IMG/VR virus record: IMGVR_UViG_3300020360_000085
Coordinates: 32,001-96,000 of that record
DNA length: 64,000 bases
Reading direction: 5' to 3' (one strand)
From: a virus
Lineage: Duplodnaviria > Caudoviricetes
Positions 9,805 through 19,217 of this stretch are shown one piece after another. The notes beneath the pieces were generated by a model. That model was not told the origin of the DNA. It made no database searches and worked only from the letters and a program-made list of their open reading frames with translations. A program made the position numbers and the translations under genes. Within the stretch, counting starts at the first letter, position 1. Every line of letters begins with the position of its first letter.

Positions 9805-10547
9805 CTTTTTTCTATCTCATTTATTATATATCTTGCCACTAAACTGTGACCTATTTCGTTTGGATGTGGATCACTTTGATGAATTATATGTTCTCTTGCG
9901 ACATTAGATATTGGCAAAATAAAATTACTAGTATCAAATACAGGAAAATTTAATCCATTAAAAGGCTGATCATCTCTTCCAGAATACTCAAATACATTTG
10001 GCATACATTTATTACTCATGCCTGTAATCAAATATTTAATATTTTTATGTTTGCATAATTCTATAAAAGTGTTTACCATATTATATAATTCAAATATCCC
10101 TTCTTGTTCTGTTCTTGTAAGGAAAACTGTAGGCATTATAAGTCTAATAAAGAAGTCTTCTACTTCTTTTACTACATCTGCTGTTTCCTGTAAAACTCTA
10201 TCCTCTGTAAAATGCATATCCTTTATAATACCTATCCAGGCACCATACTTTTCATAAAAAAGTTCAAATCTTACAGGATCAGATAATTGTAATACAAAAA
10301 TCCAATCATCTAAATTTTCAGTTTCATTTATAAAGTCTGTAGTTTGCCTAAATAACCTATGATTACTTCCACCCTCAATAGCATTATTAACTATTGTATC
10401 AAAGTAATCTACAGTACCATATTGCCCTTTTCTACAAAACGATGTCCAATTAACACAATCTGGTTTACCAAATTTTTTATTACCAAACAGTGATTGGTCT
10501 ACTATTGTTCCTGCTGTAAAACTACAACCATTTGTATATAAATTCAT
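9798..10547 (-). CDS. SGNH/GDSL-hydrolase-like protein
   Basis: N-terminal GCSFT, GGSN, C-terminal DPHPNEIGH (DxxH). Confidence 0.65.
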   Translation of the reverse strand: MNLYTNGCSFTAGTIVDQSLFGNKKFGKPDCVNWTSFCRKGQYGTVDYFDTIVNNAIEGGSNHRLFRQTTDFINETENLDDWIFVLQLSDPVRFELFYEKYGAWIGIIKDMHFTEDRVLQETADVVKEVEDFFIRLIMPTVFLTRTEQEGIFELYNMVNTFIELCKHKNIKYLITGMSNKCMPNVFEYSGRDDQPFNGLNFPVFDTSNFILPISNVAREHIIHQSDPHPNEIGHSLVARYIINEIEKRW

Positions 10548-10712
10548 TTAATGTCCATGATCTATGTGTATGCCAAACATTACACCCAAAAAGAAAACTA
10601 TAGGCCCTAAAATTAATAAATCAACTACCCAATGTAATGCTATGGAAAGAGTTACAATTTCTTTCCAATGTATTTTACATACATGTTTCCAGTGATTTAA
10701 TTTTTCTCTCAT
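10548..10712 (-). CDS. Small membrane protein (54 aa), not in ORF track
   Basis: MREKLNHWKHVCKIHWKEIVTLSIALHWVVDLLILGPIVFFLGVMFGIHIDHGH; ATGA overlap with the primase stop and abuts the next start. Confidence 0.7.
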   Translation of the reverse strand: MREKLNHWKHVCKIHWKEIVTLSIALHWVVDLLILGPIVFFLGVMFGIHIDHGH

Positions 10713-11686
10713 ATCATTTTTGCCTTTACTTGTGCTTTTAATTTATTATCTGTAGCATGTTTAATAATACTTGCCACAGTAGCCAACCTTCCATATTTTA
10801 AAACTGCCTCATCGGCATCTTTTACATCATTACTCCAGGGAGGAAAACCCACTTCCCAACCTAACTCTAATGCCTGCTCAATCAATTCTTTACCTGCACT
10901 ATCTCTATCTGGACATAGTATAACACGTTTACCTAATTTTTCAATCAAGTGTGCCTGCTCTGGAGTAACACTATTACCCTGTATGCTAACACCATCAAGT
11001 TGTATGGCATCAAATACACCCTCTGTAACAATAACTATTTCACGTTTACTGTCTGCAAATCTGTCAATATTAAAAACATAGCCAGGTTGTATTTTGTGTA
11101 GATACTTTGGAGTTTGTTTATTGGGAGGATTTACATGCCTTGCTGTCCAACCTACTAATTCATTATTGTAAGTAAAGGGGACAACCAATCTCTGCTTGTA
11201 TAAACTTTCATCAAAGTATAGCAGTGGATATAGACCAAGTAGTCCCCTTTGAATTGCATATTGCTTAACATTATGTGTATCTGGTAAATCTTCTACAGCG
11301 ACGGCTGTTTCTGGCAGTTTCTCCGTGTTAAATTTTTGTAGATTGTATATGTAATCAGATACTTCCTCTTGCTCTAAAATATCATTATATTTTAGTAATT
11401 CAATTTGTACTTTGTGTATGTCGCTTGTAGATACACCTAATGTTGTTGCTAAATCTTTATATTTTTTACCTAAAGCAGGATTAGGTGCCCAACCTGTTGT
11501 AAAGCCACAGTTAAAACAATTATAACTAATCCTTGCACCTGTAGTTATAAGTCCGCCTCTTTTTCTTTTATCATTACACATAGGACAATCCATAGTGATC
11601 CATCCACTAGGAGTTTTACTAGTTCTAACGGGTAAATTATCTAAAAGGAGGCGATGTACCTTTTCTACAAGAAAGTCTATATCCAT
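10709..11686 (-). CDS. gp61: DNA primase (T4 gp61-like)
   Basis: Zn ribbon CPMC...CFNC; TOPRIM TEGVFDA and DRD motifs. Confidence 0.9.
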   Translation of the reverse strand: MDIDFLVEKVHRLLLDNLPVRTSKTPSGWITMDCPMCNDKRKRGGLITTGARISYNCFNCGFTTGWAPNPALGKKYKDLATTLGVSTSDIHKVQIELLKYNDILEQEEVSDYIYNLQKFNTEKLPETAVAVEDLPDTHNVKQYAIQRGLLGLYPLLYFDESLYKQRLVVPFTYNNELVGWTARHVNPPNKQTPKYLHKIQPGYVFNIDRFADSKREIVIVTEGVFDAIQLDGVSIQGNSVTPEQAHLIEKLGKRVILCPDRDSAGKELIEQALELGWEVGFPPWSNDVKDADEAVLKYGRLATVASIIKHATDNKLKAQVKAKMI

Positions 11687-11692
11687 ACGGAT

Positions 11693-11720
11693 ATTATAAC
11701 AAAAAAGTACAAAAAGTCAA
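11693..11720 (-). promoter_or_regulatory. Sigma70-type promoter of primase
   Basis: TTGACT-N16-TATAAT, 6 nt before the ATG, no SD. Confidence 0.75.
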
Positions 11721-12524
11721 TTAGTTTCTAACCAGAATTTTATCTATGCTACCACTTGTAGGTGTATGCAATATTCTTAGCCAATTAGCATTTAATGTAA
11801 ATGTTTTATGGTATATACTGCTTGAAGCAGATAAAGATATATTACTTTCTACATCAAACCAATCAGTACTTGCATCATCACTGTTAGGAGTATTTTCTAT
11901 ACAACTACCTTGTATTGTGATATTTCCTGTGTAGGCACTAGGATAAATTGCAATACTATGTAATGCATGGCTAAAGTTTCTATCTTGATTTCCAAAAAAT
12001 GCACTTGTAGTAAATATGTTTGCAGGATCTCCAGAGCCTGTATTAGCAACCTGAGTAAATGTATTACCTAATTGTGTTTCCACAGGTTCCGATTTTGCTT
12101 GAGCGTCTATCTGAATTTGAAACTTAAGACCATTATTTTGATCTGCAAAAACAGGGTGCTCGTTGCCATCAGTTTTTACTCTAGTCACATATATTGTATA
12201 TAAACCTTCATCAACATTCTGTAAATCTCCCTCATCTAAAATAAGTTTTACGCAACCAACATCACTTGTTTGCTCTAAAATTTTAGTAAAAATTCTTCTT
12301 TTAGTAGTTGGATTTATTAATGTTGCTGATAAAGTATCACTAAAAACGTTTTGTAACTTCCTATCTCTGTTTCTGATAGTAAATTTTATTTCATTGTAAA
12401 TGCCTTTATGGGCAACTAATTTTCTATTATTCATTGGTCTGTTATCCACGTAGATTCCATAGGCGTCAACAACCAATTCAAAATTATCTTCATAAAGATA
12501 CAGTCTGTGATCACCATATGTCAT
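11721..12524 (-). CDS. Hypothetical late protein, possibly structural (beta-rich)
   Basis: 267 aa; late promoter 12549-12556. Confidence 0.65.
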   Translation of the reverse strand: MTYGDHRLYLYEDNFELVVDAYGIYVDNRPMNNRKLVAHKGIYNEIKFTIRNRDRKLQNVFSDTLSATLINPTTKRRIFTKILEQTSDVGCVKLILDEGDLQNVDEGLYTIYVTRVKTDGNEHPVFADQNNGLKFQIQIDAQAKSEPVETQLGNTFTQVANTGSGDPANIFTTSAFFGNQDRNFSHALHSIAIYPSAYTGNITIQGSCIENTPNSDDASTDWFDVESNISLSASSSIYHKTFTLNANWLRILHTPTSGSIDKILVRN

Positions 12525-12548
12525 ATTTTTTTACTCTTAATAATATAC

Positions 12549-12573
12549 TATTTATCGTTTAACGGCATAAATA
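12549..12573. promoter_or_regulatory. Back-to-back late promoters
   Basis: GATAAATA on minus (12549-12556) and CATAAATA on plus (12566-12573), between divergent genes. Confidence 0.7.
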
Positions 12574-12578
12574 CTTTT

Positions 12579-12962
12579 GTGGAGAAAGATAATTTAATAA
12601 CAGAGACATCTGAGAAGTACCCTTTTTTAACTGGAATTACCTATGCAGGTCAAGAATATGTAGGTGTAGTTGTAAATCATGATAATACAATACTTACATT
12701 TTATGATATAGAAAAAATACCATCTAATAATGAAAGAAGACAGTTTTTAGAATTAGGGGAAACATGGTGGTGGGAAAGTAACAGACAATTACCTATTGAT
12801 ATATTTTTACATTATGAGATGAAACAGTTTCATAAATGCTTAAGAACATTTGTAATGAAAGATATAGAAGTTTTATTTGGTCCTATGACTACTTTACAAA
12901 ATTTATTAAGAAAAAGAATAAAACGGCGTGGTGTTCAATTAGTAATTAAGCCTAAAGACTAA
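12579..12962 (+). CDS. Conserved hypothetical protein
   Basis: Start moved to the GTG at 12579, exactly 5 nt after CATAAATA as for the other leaderless late genes. Confidence 0.7.
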   Translation: MEKDNLITETSEKYPFLTGITYAGQEYVGVVVNHDNTILTFYDIEKIPSNNERRQFLELGETWWWESNRQLPIDIFLHYEMKQFHKCLRTFVMKDIEVLFGPMTTLQNLLRKRIKRRGVQLVIKPKD

Positions 12963-13534
12963 ACCAACTGTTCACAAATCAAATTTAATTGTACAATAAT
13001 TGCTAATGCATACCCATAACTATGACTTTTTTTAAAGAAGTAAGTATCGTTATTAGGCTTTATCCAAACATCATTAACAATTTGTTCCCAACTTTTACCT
13101 ACTAGATGCCTTTTACCAGGCCTAATTATTGCTAGAATTACTGCTAAGTCCTCTAAACTTTTAGGAGGATATTGTTTTACGATATCAAAATGGTTGTTTA
13201 TATGAAATAATTGCTCTACAACTTCCTGATGTTTCAATAACTCCCAAACAGGTTCTGTGGCAATAAGTCTATCTAAATGTTGCTCATCTACTACATCTTT
13301 ATATATATGATTATTAAGAAAATCTACTTTAAACCATCCATCTTCTTCTGCTTGTTTGTGATCTATTGTACTATATCCTTCTAGTGGAAACTTAGAAATA
13401 TTTTGAAAGTAAACACCAGTATTGTGTTTAGTAAACTTACTATCTTTTTCTATACTTGCAGGAGTAACATTGACTAACTTTAGGAAGTCATCTCTGTTAC
13501 CCATATCAATATCTACATCAAAATCAATTTTCAT
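12959..13534 (-). CDS. DNA polymerase III alpha (DnaE)-like minimal catalytic fragment
   Basis: DFDVDID, KHNTGVY, GWFKVDFL and FKKSHSYGYA match DnaE palm/finger motifs; only 191 aa. Confidence 0.8.
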   Translation of the reverse strand: MKIDFDVDIDMGNRDDFLKLVNVTPASIEKDSKFTKHNTGVYFQNISKFPLEGYSTIDHKQAEEDGWFKVDFLNNHIYKDVVDEQHLDRLIATEPVWELLKHQEVVEQLFHINNHFDIVKQYPPKSLEDLAVILAIIRPGKRHLVGKSWEQIVNDVWIKPNNDTYFFKKSHSYGYALAIIVQLNLICEQLV

Positions 13535-14180
13535 TTTTACTCATCTTATGTAATAAATTTTTTGCTTTTGCTGTAAAACTAAAATTACAACTTACACTAT
13601 ATCTATAACTTTTTCCTAAAACAGGAGCAGTATAATGGCTTAACTGAGAAGGAAAAATAAACATATCTCCTTGTTCTGGTTGTACTTCTATAGAACTTTT
13701 ACCAAAATCATTTTTTATAGAGTCAGCATATATAAAAAATAATTGTCCTTTCTGACTAGGTATTTGATCTGTTTTAAAATATTCTGCATCGTCATCTAAA
13801 TAAATTTTAGGAAAAATTACACAAACTAAATCAGCACTATGTCTATGATCATGTAAAACAGTATTTTCCATATGTATTTGTTTGTTATACCATGCATCTG
13901 TCATTTCTAAAAAATTTGGTATTTGTTTAGATTCTACTGCTGACTTCCATAATCCTGCATCAATAAAAGTTAAATAATCTTCCATGTAATTTGATATTGT
14001 TTTACATAAATTTGTATTTTGTAAATACTCAGTTAAACTATTTTGCTCTCTAACATTTCCTAATAGTTTACTATTATGTGGCACTTGTGCTTCTAAACAG
14101 TAATTGTAAAGTGTTTTAGAATCTTGTTCAGATAATTTCACTTTTGCAACTTTAGGACCAAAATAATCTACTACTTTCAT
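13524..14180 (-). CDS. Putative 2OG-Fe(II) oxygenase
   Basis: Likely start MKVVDYFGP (14180); HDH, PEQGDMFIFPSQLSHY, RYSVSCN. Confidence 0.7.
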   Translation of the reverse strand: MKVVDYFGPKVAKVKLSEQDSKTLYNYCLEAQVPHNSKLLGNVREQNSLTEYLQNTNLCKTISNYMEDYLTFIDAGLWKSAVESKQIPNFLEMTDAWYNKQIHMENTVLHDHRHSADLVCVIFPKIYLDDDAEYFKTDQIPSQKGQLFFIYADSIKNDFGKSSIEVQPEQGDMFIFPSQLSHYTAPVLGKSYRYSVSCNFSFTAKAKNLLHKMSKNEN

Positions 14181-14181
14181 A

Positions 14182-14361
14182 TTACTGCTTTTTAAATTTT
14201 CTTTCGCCTTTTGAATAACTATCCTCAGGATCAATTTCAGCATCTGCATTTTTAAATCGCATACGTTGTATAATGTCCCAATTTACTATACTAGGTTTCC
14301 ATTCATTTGCAATACTGTCTATATCGTTTAAATCAAAACTTTCTTTTTTATCTTCACTCAT
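14182..14361 (-). CDS. Small hypothetical protein (59 aa), not in ORF track
   Basis: MSEDKKESFDLNDIDS...GERKFKKQ; ATGA overlap with the upstream stop; fills the gap exactly. Confidence 0.65.
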   Translation of the reverse strand: MSEDKKESFDLNDIDSIANEWKPSIVNWDIIQRMRFKNADAEIDPEDSYSKGERKFKKQ

Positions 14362-15059
14362 ATACCTGCTACCTCACATGCTTGTTTTACTTCAGCAACT
14401 TCTTCTTTATTTTGCACAAATAATTTCATCCAAAAATTTGCTTCTATTATATGTTGTATCATAACAACTTGCTCATCATTTAATCTTGTTAAAAGTGAAT
14501 CTCCTGTTTCAGACAAATAAATTAACCATGGAGATATTTTTGCACTTCTAATATCATGTACTGCTCTTGGTGTGGAAACTTCTTTAAAATACTCCTGCCA
14601 TTGTGTATCATGTTCTTTTGCCCAAGTATCTAAATACATAATATTCCTTTCTAATGCTTTCATACCAGGCTCTTTTTTTACATAAGTTAGTAAAAATTCA
14701 TCATATAAACTGTCTTTGCTCCAGTCCTTTAATTTTTTACCTGTTTTTATTAACCATTCTGCAAACTGATCTGGCTGTAAATATTCATTTGTTAAACAAC
14801 TTCTGCCAAATTTTACAAATCCTTCATAGTATTGGCTTTGTATAAACTCTTCCTGTGTTTTAGGATTTTTAGCAGTAGTATTCATTTCATAAAACATCTG
14901 AAACACCCTGTAGCCTAATCTTGTATGTGTTAGATCTTTGTCTGCCCAACGTCTCTTTTTAATACACATATGAGCGGCCAGTGTTCTTTCGCTCATAAAA
15001 GTCTTTCCACACCATTTACAAGTGTTACTTTCCGAAGATGTCTTTAATTGTTTTGTCAT
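14358..15059 (-). CDS. Conserved hypothetical protein with N-terminal zinc finger
   Basis: CKWCGKTF...LAAHMC. Confidence 0.75.
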   Translation of the reverse strand: MTKQLKTSSESNTCKWCGKTFMSERTLAAHMCIKKRRWADKDLTHTRLGYRVFQMFYEMNTTAKNPKTQEEFIQSQYYEGFVKFGRSCLTNEYLQPDQFAEWLIKTGKKLKDWSKDSLYDEFLLTYVKKEPGMKALERNIMYLDTWAKEHDTQWQEYFKEVSTPRAVHDIRSAKISPWLIYLSETGDSLLTRLNDEQVVMIQHIIEANFWMKLFVQNKEEVAEVKQACEVAGI

Positions 15060-15492
15060 CGTATCCGTGTGCTACTGCAAATTCTGTTAATTCTTCCTTT
15101 GTATTAATATCTATCATATTGTTTATATCTTCTGCCTTCATATGTGGATATATATTATAGATAAATTCAAATATTTTATTTTTCTTTTTCCTGCTATTAG
15201 GCGGTTTTAAATAAGGATGAAATTGTATTTTACCAATACCACATGCACTCAATAAAAGCCATTGCAACTCAGGATGTTTACTTACTTCACTAAATTGATA
15301 ATTAACAAGTTCATTAGTCATGTAAATGTAGTTTGCGGCATCTCTGCCTTGGACACTACTGCAATATCTCATCATCATCCAGGCACTAAAAGCCTTCTTT
15401 TGCTCATCACTTAAATTGTTATAAAAGTTTCTATCTTTTTTATCGATAGCCGCCATTATTTCTTTTAAAGGTATTTGTGGTTTCTTAGGCAT
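15025..15492 (-). CDS. Clamp-loader small subunit (T4 gp62-like)
   Basis: Size and sequence pattern (KKAFSAWMMMRYCS...NELVN...KHPELQWLLL) resemble phage clamp-loader A subunits; replication context. Confidence 0.6.
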   Translation of the reverse strand: MPKKPQIPLKEIMAAIDKKDRNFYNNLSDEQKKAFSAWMMMRYCSSVQGRDAANYIYMTNELVNYQFSEVSKHPELQWLLLSACGIGKIQFHPYLKPPNSRKKKNKIFEFIYNIYPHMKAEDINNMIDINTKEELTEFAVAHGYDDKTIKDIFGK

Positions 15493-16034
15493 TATTCTCC
15501 TTCAAACTCTATCAATGTTTCCACATTAAATCCTAAATCTTTTATCGCAACACTACCACCTAAATCTGGTAAGTCTACTAAAGCCAAAATAAGTATATTT
15601 TCTTTTGGAATATTCCAACATTGACATATTAAACTAGCGATTGCTTTTGCAGTACCGCCAGTTGCTATTAAGTCATCTATTATAACAATTTTATCTGAAA
15701 CTGTCAAATTAGAGTTTTGTTGAATATGTAATTCATTACTACCATATTCTAAATCATAACTTCTTTGATATGTAGGATTAGGTAATTTACCAGGCTTTCT
15801 TGCTAAAATAAATGGCAACTCCATATCTCTGGCAATAGGAGAACTAAAAATAAATCCTCGACTTTCTATTCCAACAATTTTAGTTGCTTGAAACATCATA
15901 CAATGTGCAGTCATTTCTATAAGTGCTTTATTAAATGCTTCTGTGTCTTCAAGTAAACTTGTAATATCTCTAAATTGTATTCCTTCTTTAGGAAAATTAG
16001 GAACAGTTCTAATTGCTTCTTTTATATCTTTCAT
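15492..16034 (-). CDS. apt: Adenine phosphoribosyltransferase
   Basis: IRTVPNFPKEGIQFRDIT, GIESRGF, RKPGKLP, YDLEYG, PRPP motif VIIDDLIATGGT. Confidence 0.92.
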   Translation of the reverse strand: MKDIKEAIRTVPNFPKEGIQFRDITSLLEDTEAFNKALIEMTAHCMMFQATKIVGIESRGFIFSSPIARDMELPFILARKPGKLPNPTYQRSYDLEYGSNELHIQQNSNLTVSDKIVIIDDLIATGGTAKAIASLICQCWNIPKENILILALVDLPDLGGSVAIKDLGFNVETLIEFEGE

Positions 16035-16035
16035 A

Positions 16036-16416
16036 TTAATTTTTCATTTTTAAATTTAGAATGTCTTCCCATTCTGCATATTCTACTTTGTTAAAACTAT
16101 TTACAGGAAATTGTGGAGGTTCAATATGCATCCATCTCCTTCTTTTGTAAATTGTTTTTAACCAAACTTTTTTGCCACTTATTGTAATTTTAGGCCTAAA
16201 TGCAAAAGTTTTTTTCCATTTAGAATATCTTAAATTTTTATCGCTGTTTATATAATCAGCAGAAACTGTTCCTTCAGGTCCAAAATAATTTGTTCCCATC
16301 ATGTGTGGATACCTTGTATATGCAGGATGGTTAAAATTTGTATTTTGTGTTTTTCCTTTTGTAATGTTTTTTAATGATGTCTTGTTGTTTCCATCTTCTG
16401 TAATTATTTTCGCCAT
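16036..16416 (-). CDS. Hypothetical protein
   Basis: 126 aa; strong SD GGAGG before ATG 16416, but overlaps the GIY-YIG gene by 86 nt; start uncertain. Confidence 0.55.
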   Translation of the reverse strand: MAKIITEDGNNKTSLKNITKGKTQNTNFNHPAYTRYPHMMGTNYFGPEGTVSADYINSDKNLRYSKWKKTFAFRPKITISGKKVWLKTIYKRRRWMHIEPPQFPVNSFNKVEYAEWEDILNLKMKN

Positions 16417-16687
16417 TCTCTCCTCCCCAACTTTTATTTAACTTTAGATTGTGTGGAGTTCTCTTTATAAGTTTCTTTTCCCATTCTAATGCTTCTTCCA
16501 TTGTAGGGAATGTTTGTACAATCCTGCAGTCACAGTCATATTCTGCATTTCTCATTTTTTTGTAAAGTAGGCTTTTACCTTTTTGACTTGACTTTAAATG
16601 TTCTTTTAGCCTAAGGTTAAAAGGCTTTGCAGTATATCCATAATACACAAAGCCATCTTTAAATTTTATTTCATATACTTTAAACAT
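16331..16687 (-). CDS. GIY-YIG family endonuclease (stand-alone)
   Basis: VYEI-x7-YYGYT, RLKEH, EALEWE, LN motifs. Confidence 0.8.
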   Translation of the reverse strand: MFKVYEIKFKDGFVYYGYTAKPFNLRLKEHLKSSQKGKSLLYKKMRNAEYDCDCRIVQTFPTMEEALEWEKKLIKRTPHNLKLNKSWGGENGENNYRRWKQQDIIKKHYKRKNTKYKF

Positions 16688-16854
16688 TAATCCATCACTT
16701 CTTCTAGTATGCCTAATATTTCAGCAACTAAAAGAGAGATAGCCAATATTGTTATACTTTGAAATAAAACTGCTACAATACAACCTGCAATTCTAATACC
16801 ACTTTTTACTAAACTGATATAGTAATGCATTTTTCCAGGATCTTTTGCTATCAT
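16687..16854 (-). CDS. Small membrane protein (55 aa), not in ORF track
   Basis: MIAKDPGKMHYYISLVKSGIRIAGCIVAVLF...AEILGILEEVMD; ATGA and TAATG overlaps with neighbours. Confidence 0.75.
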   Translation of the reverse strand: MIAKDPGKMHYYISLVKSGIRIAGCIVAVLFQSITILAISLLVAEILGILEEVMD

Positions 16855-17147
16855 TTATCTCCTTCTTTTACAAAGATACCGTCAACCATACGACCCTTTC
16901 TGTCTTTAATATCCATATATGCTACTGCTAAACATTCTTCCATAGTGATATTATTACGTTTCATAATGTTAATCATTACAACTAACATGTCTCCTAAATC
17001 GTCTCTTATGTCATTTCCTTTACAGACATTATCAGATAACTCTCCCATTTCCTGGATAAGTTTTAAAACCTGATCTTTATCTGAGGCTCCATCTATAAGA
17101 TTCCTGTCAACGTGCCATTGCTCAACTTTTTTTACAAGTTCTTCCAT
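16851..17147 (-). CDS. MazG-like / dimeric NTP pyrophosphohydrolase
   Basis: KLIQEMGEL...IRDDLGDMLVV ExxE/D motifs; 98 aa. Confidence 0.8.
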   Translation of the reverse strand: MEELVKKVEQWHVDRNLIDGASDKDQVLKLIQEMGELSDNVCKGNDIRDDLGDMLVVMINIMKRNNITMEECLAVAYMDIKDRKGRMVDGIFVKEGDK

Positions 17148-17947
17148 TACAATTTTCCTTCTTTTTTCATTTGTTTACGAATTTTAGTTGCACTAATTTC
17201 TGTTATATCCTTATCAAAGGACTCTTCTTCAATCTTGTAACCAACATCTCTTCCATAAGTTATGTTCATTATGTTGGGTACAGGATAACATCTGAACTTG
17301 CCGGCAAATTCTGCCAATGCAATTTCAATATTTTCACAAATTTTTTCCACTTGCCATGGATTTTCATCTGTAAGTGGCATATCTCTAACCAGTATTGCCA
17401 CTTGTCCGTGTTTATCTAATGCTCTTTTAAATAATTCTTTATGCCCATCATGAAAAGGCTGAAATCTACCAAGCATTTGTGTTGTAGGTTGCTTTGGTTC
17501 GAACTCATGATCTTTAATATCTACTGCTAACAATTTTGCCCATTCATCACATTTTTCTTCTGTCCACCATTCCTCGGCACTAATTCTCGCATTTATAAAT
17601 GTTGTACCATTAGGACTTTCAAATAATTTATTAGTGTCTTCAAATCTGCCTTCTTCTATAGTATCCATCCAGATAACATATTCTGGAACATGTTTTTCCC
17701 TAAGTTCATTTGTTGGGCAAACAAAATCTGCTATGCCGTAACGTTTTTTAGCAACACTTTTGCGTACATAATCTCTCATTCGCAACGATTGTCTTTCCCT
17801 ACCTTCAGGAGAGAAGTCCCAATCGTTAAATGTTTCTCTTATTTTGTCTGCGTTATGCCAGTCTGCATTTCCTAAAACTTCTACAAGTTTTTCTGAAAGT
17901 GTTGACTTGCCTGAACCAGGCAAGCCAAAAATTAATATTCTTTTCAC
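17147..17947 (-). CDS. Fusion: APS-kinase-like P-loop kinase plus HxGH nucleotidyltransferase
   Basis: GLPGSGKST, NADKIR, DFSPEGRERQ in the N-half; GRFQPFHDGH in the C-half. Confidence 0.8.
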   Translation of the reverse strand: MKRILIFGLPGSGKSTLSEKLVEVLGNADWHNADKIRETFNDWDFSPEGRERQSLRMRDYVRKSVAKKRYGIADFVCPTNELREKHVPEYVIWMDTIEEGRFEDTNKLFESPNGTTFINARISAEEWWTEEKCDEWAKLLAVDIKDHEFEPKQPTTQMLGRFQPFHDGHKELFKRALDKHGQVAILVRDMPLTDENPWQVEKICENIEIALAEFAGKFRCYPVPNIMNITYGRDVGYKIEEESFDKDITEISATKIRKQMKKEGKL

Positions 17948-18702
17948 CTATTCTCTCTTTCCCATTCTACGTTGTCTTCATATTCTAACCAATACTCTTC
18001 CATATTTTCTTGTGAAAGTTCCTTACTATCATGCCACTTCATATTTAACCAGCCTACTTCTGCATGATAACCTTTTCCGGTTGTATCGTTATAATCGTAA
18101 TTTGCTTCTAATTCTTGCTTATCATAATAAACATTTTCTACTAATTCACATAAATTAGTTTCAACTATACTGTAACCTAATTTAAATTCATCAAAATCTT
18201 CATCTGTATCTACAAACCAACTTGTAAAAGATCCTTTTTCAGAACTATGAAAACATAGAACAGGTACATATTTGTTACCTTTATCGTCTTCTTCATTTAC
18301 AATTTCAGGCTCTTCATTTCCAAAGTATCCACCTTCTCTACCATAAACACAAATTCCCTCACCTTCATAAACTTCTTTATCATAATTCCAATCATCAGAT
18401 TTATCTGCAGGTACCTCATATACTGTAAATCCACTATCTGAATAAGGTGCGTTTAAATGCTCTATATCATCATTTTCCCACATGTTAAAATCTGTATTTG
18501 GTATTGGAGGTATATTTGGATCTAATAATGCATCTTCAGGTTCGTCATCATTACCCCAACCCATTTGATCTGCTTCTAAAACTGCTTCTACTACATGATC
18601 TTGGCTTTCTGCATAATGACTAGCAAATGCAGGACTTACTTCTCCTAAAACAAGTTCTCCTCCATAATTTCCACCATCTATTCTAAATCTTCTTTTTGCC
18701 AT
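17944..18702 (-). CDS. Very acidic hypothetical protein
   Basis: 252 aa, D/E/Y-rich; SD GGAGG. Confidence 0.75.
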   Translation of the reverse strand: MAKRRFRIDGGNYGGELVLGEVSPAFASHYAESQDHVVEAVLEADQMGWGNDDEPEDALLDPNIPPIPNTDFNMWENDDIEHLNAPYSDSGFTVYEVPADKSDDWNYDKEVYEGEGICVYGREGGYFGNEEPEIVNEEDDKGNKYVPVLCFHSSEKGSFTSWFVDTDEDFDEFKLGYSIVETNLCELVENVYYDKQELEANYDYNDTTGKGYHAEVGWLNMKWHDSKELSQENMEEYWLEYEDNVEWERENR

Positions 18703-18711
18703 ATTAACCTC

Positions 18712-19209
18712 CTATAACAAATCTGATATATCTACATTTTTAATTTTTTTGTAATCTTTTACAAAAAGGGCACACTTAGGCTCTGGTTTATCTTCTAAAG
18801 GCACAACCAACATGTGTCCATTTTTAAGTTTTGGGAAGTACCATTTAACATCCTGATAAACATTAGTAATCTGTATCTCCTCTGCCCTCGGCATCCAACT
18901 ATGCATTGGATTTAGTATGGGACTTAAAAATCCTCTATTGTTTAAACTTGCTAACGGAATAATTTCCAGGTCTGCAAAGTCCTCATCACAAGTTAAAATA
19001 CTCCAATCCATAGGCATCTGTAAACTATACTCGCCTATTTGCAAACAAATTGCAGGAGCATGAAAACTCTCTAAAAAGATTAATGGTAAAAAATAATAAT
19101 CTTGAAACTCCTCGTCGCCACCATCAAATACACAATATCTTACATCTTCTATTTCATCAGGTACACAATCTATATCATATGTGCTGTTCTCTATTGTTAA
19201 TATTTTCAT
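18712..19209 (-). CDS. Conserved hypothetical protein downstream of UvsW
   Basis: 165 aa, operonic spacing. Confidence 0.7.
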   Translation of the reverse strand: MKILTIENSTYDIDCVPDEIEDVRYCVFDGGDEEFQDYYFLPLIFLESFHAPAICLQIGEYSLQMPMDWSILTCDEDFADLEIIPLASLNNRGFLSPILNPMHSWMPRAEEIQITNVYQDVKWYFPKLKNGHMLVVPLEDKPEPKCALFVKDYKKIKNVDISDLL

Positions 19210-19217
19210 AATTTTCC

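Noticed and set aside
18712-19209. Free-standing Hint/intein-like domain
   Set aside because: Beta-rich, but no N-terminal Cys/Ser or C-terminal His-Asn; cannot be supported without a profile search.
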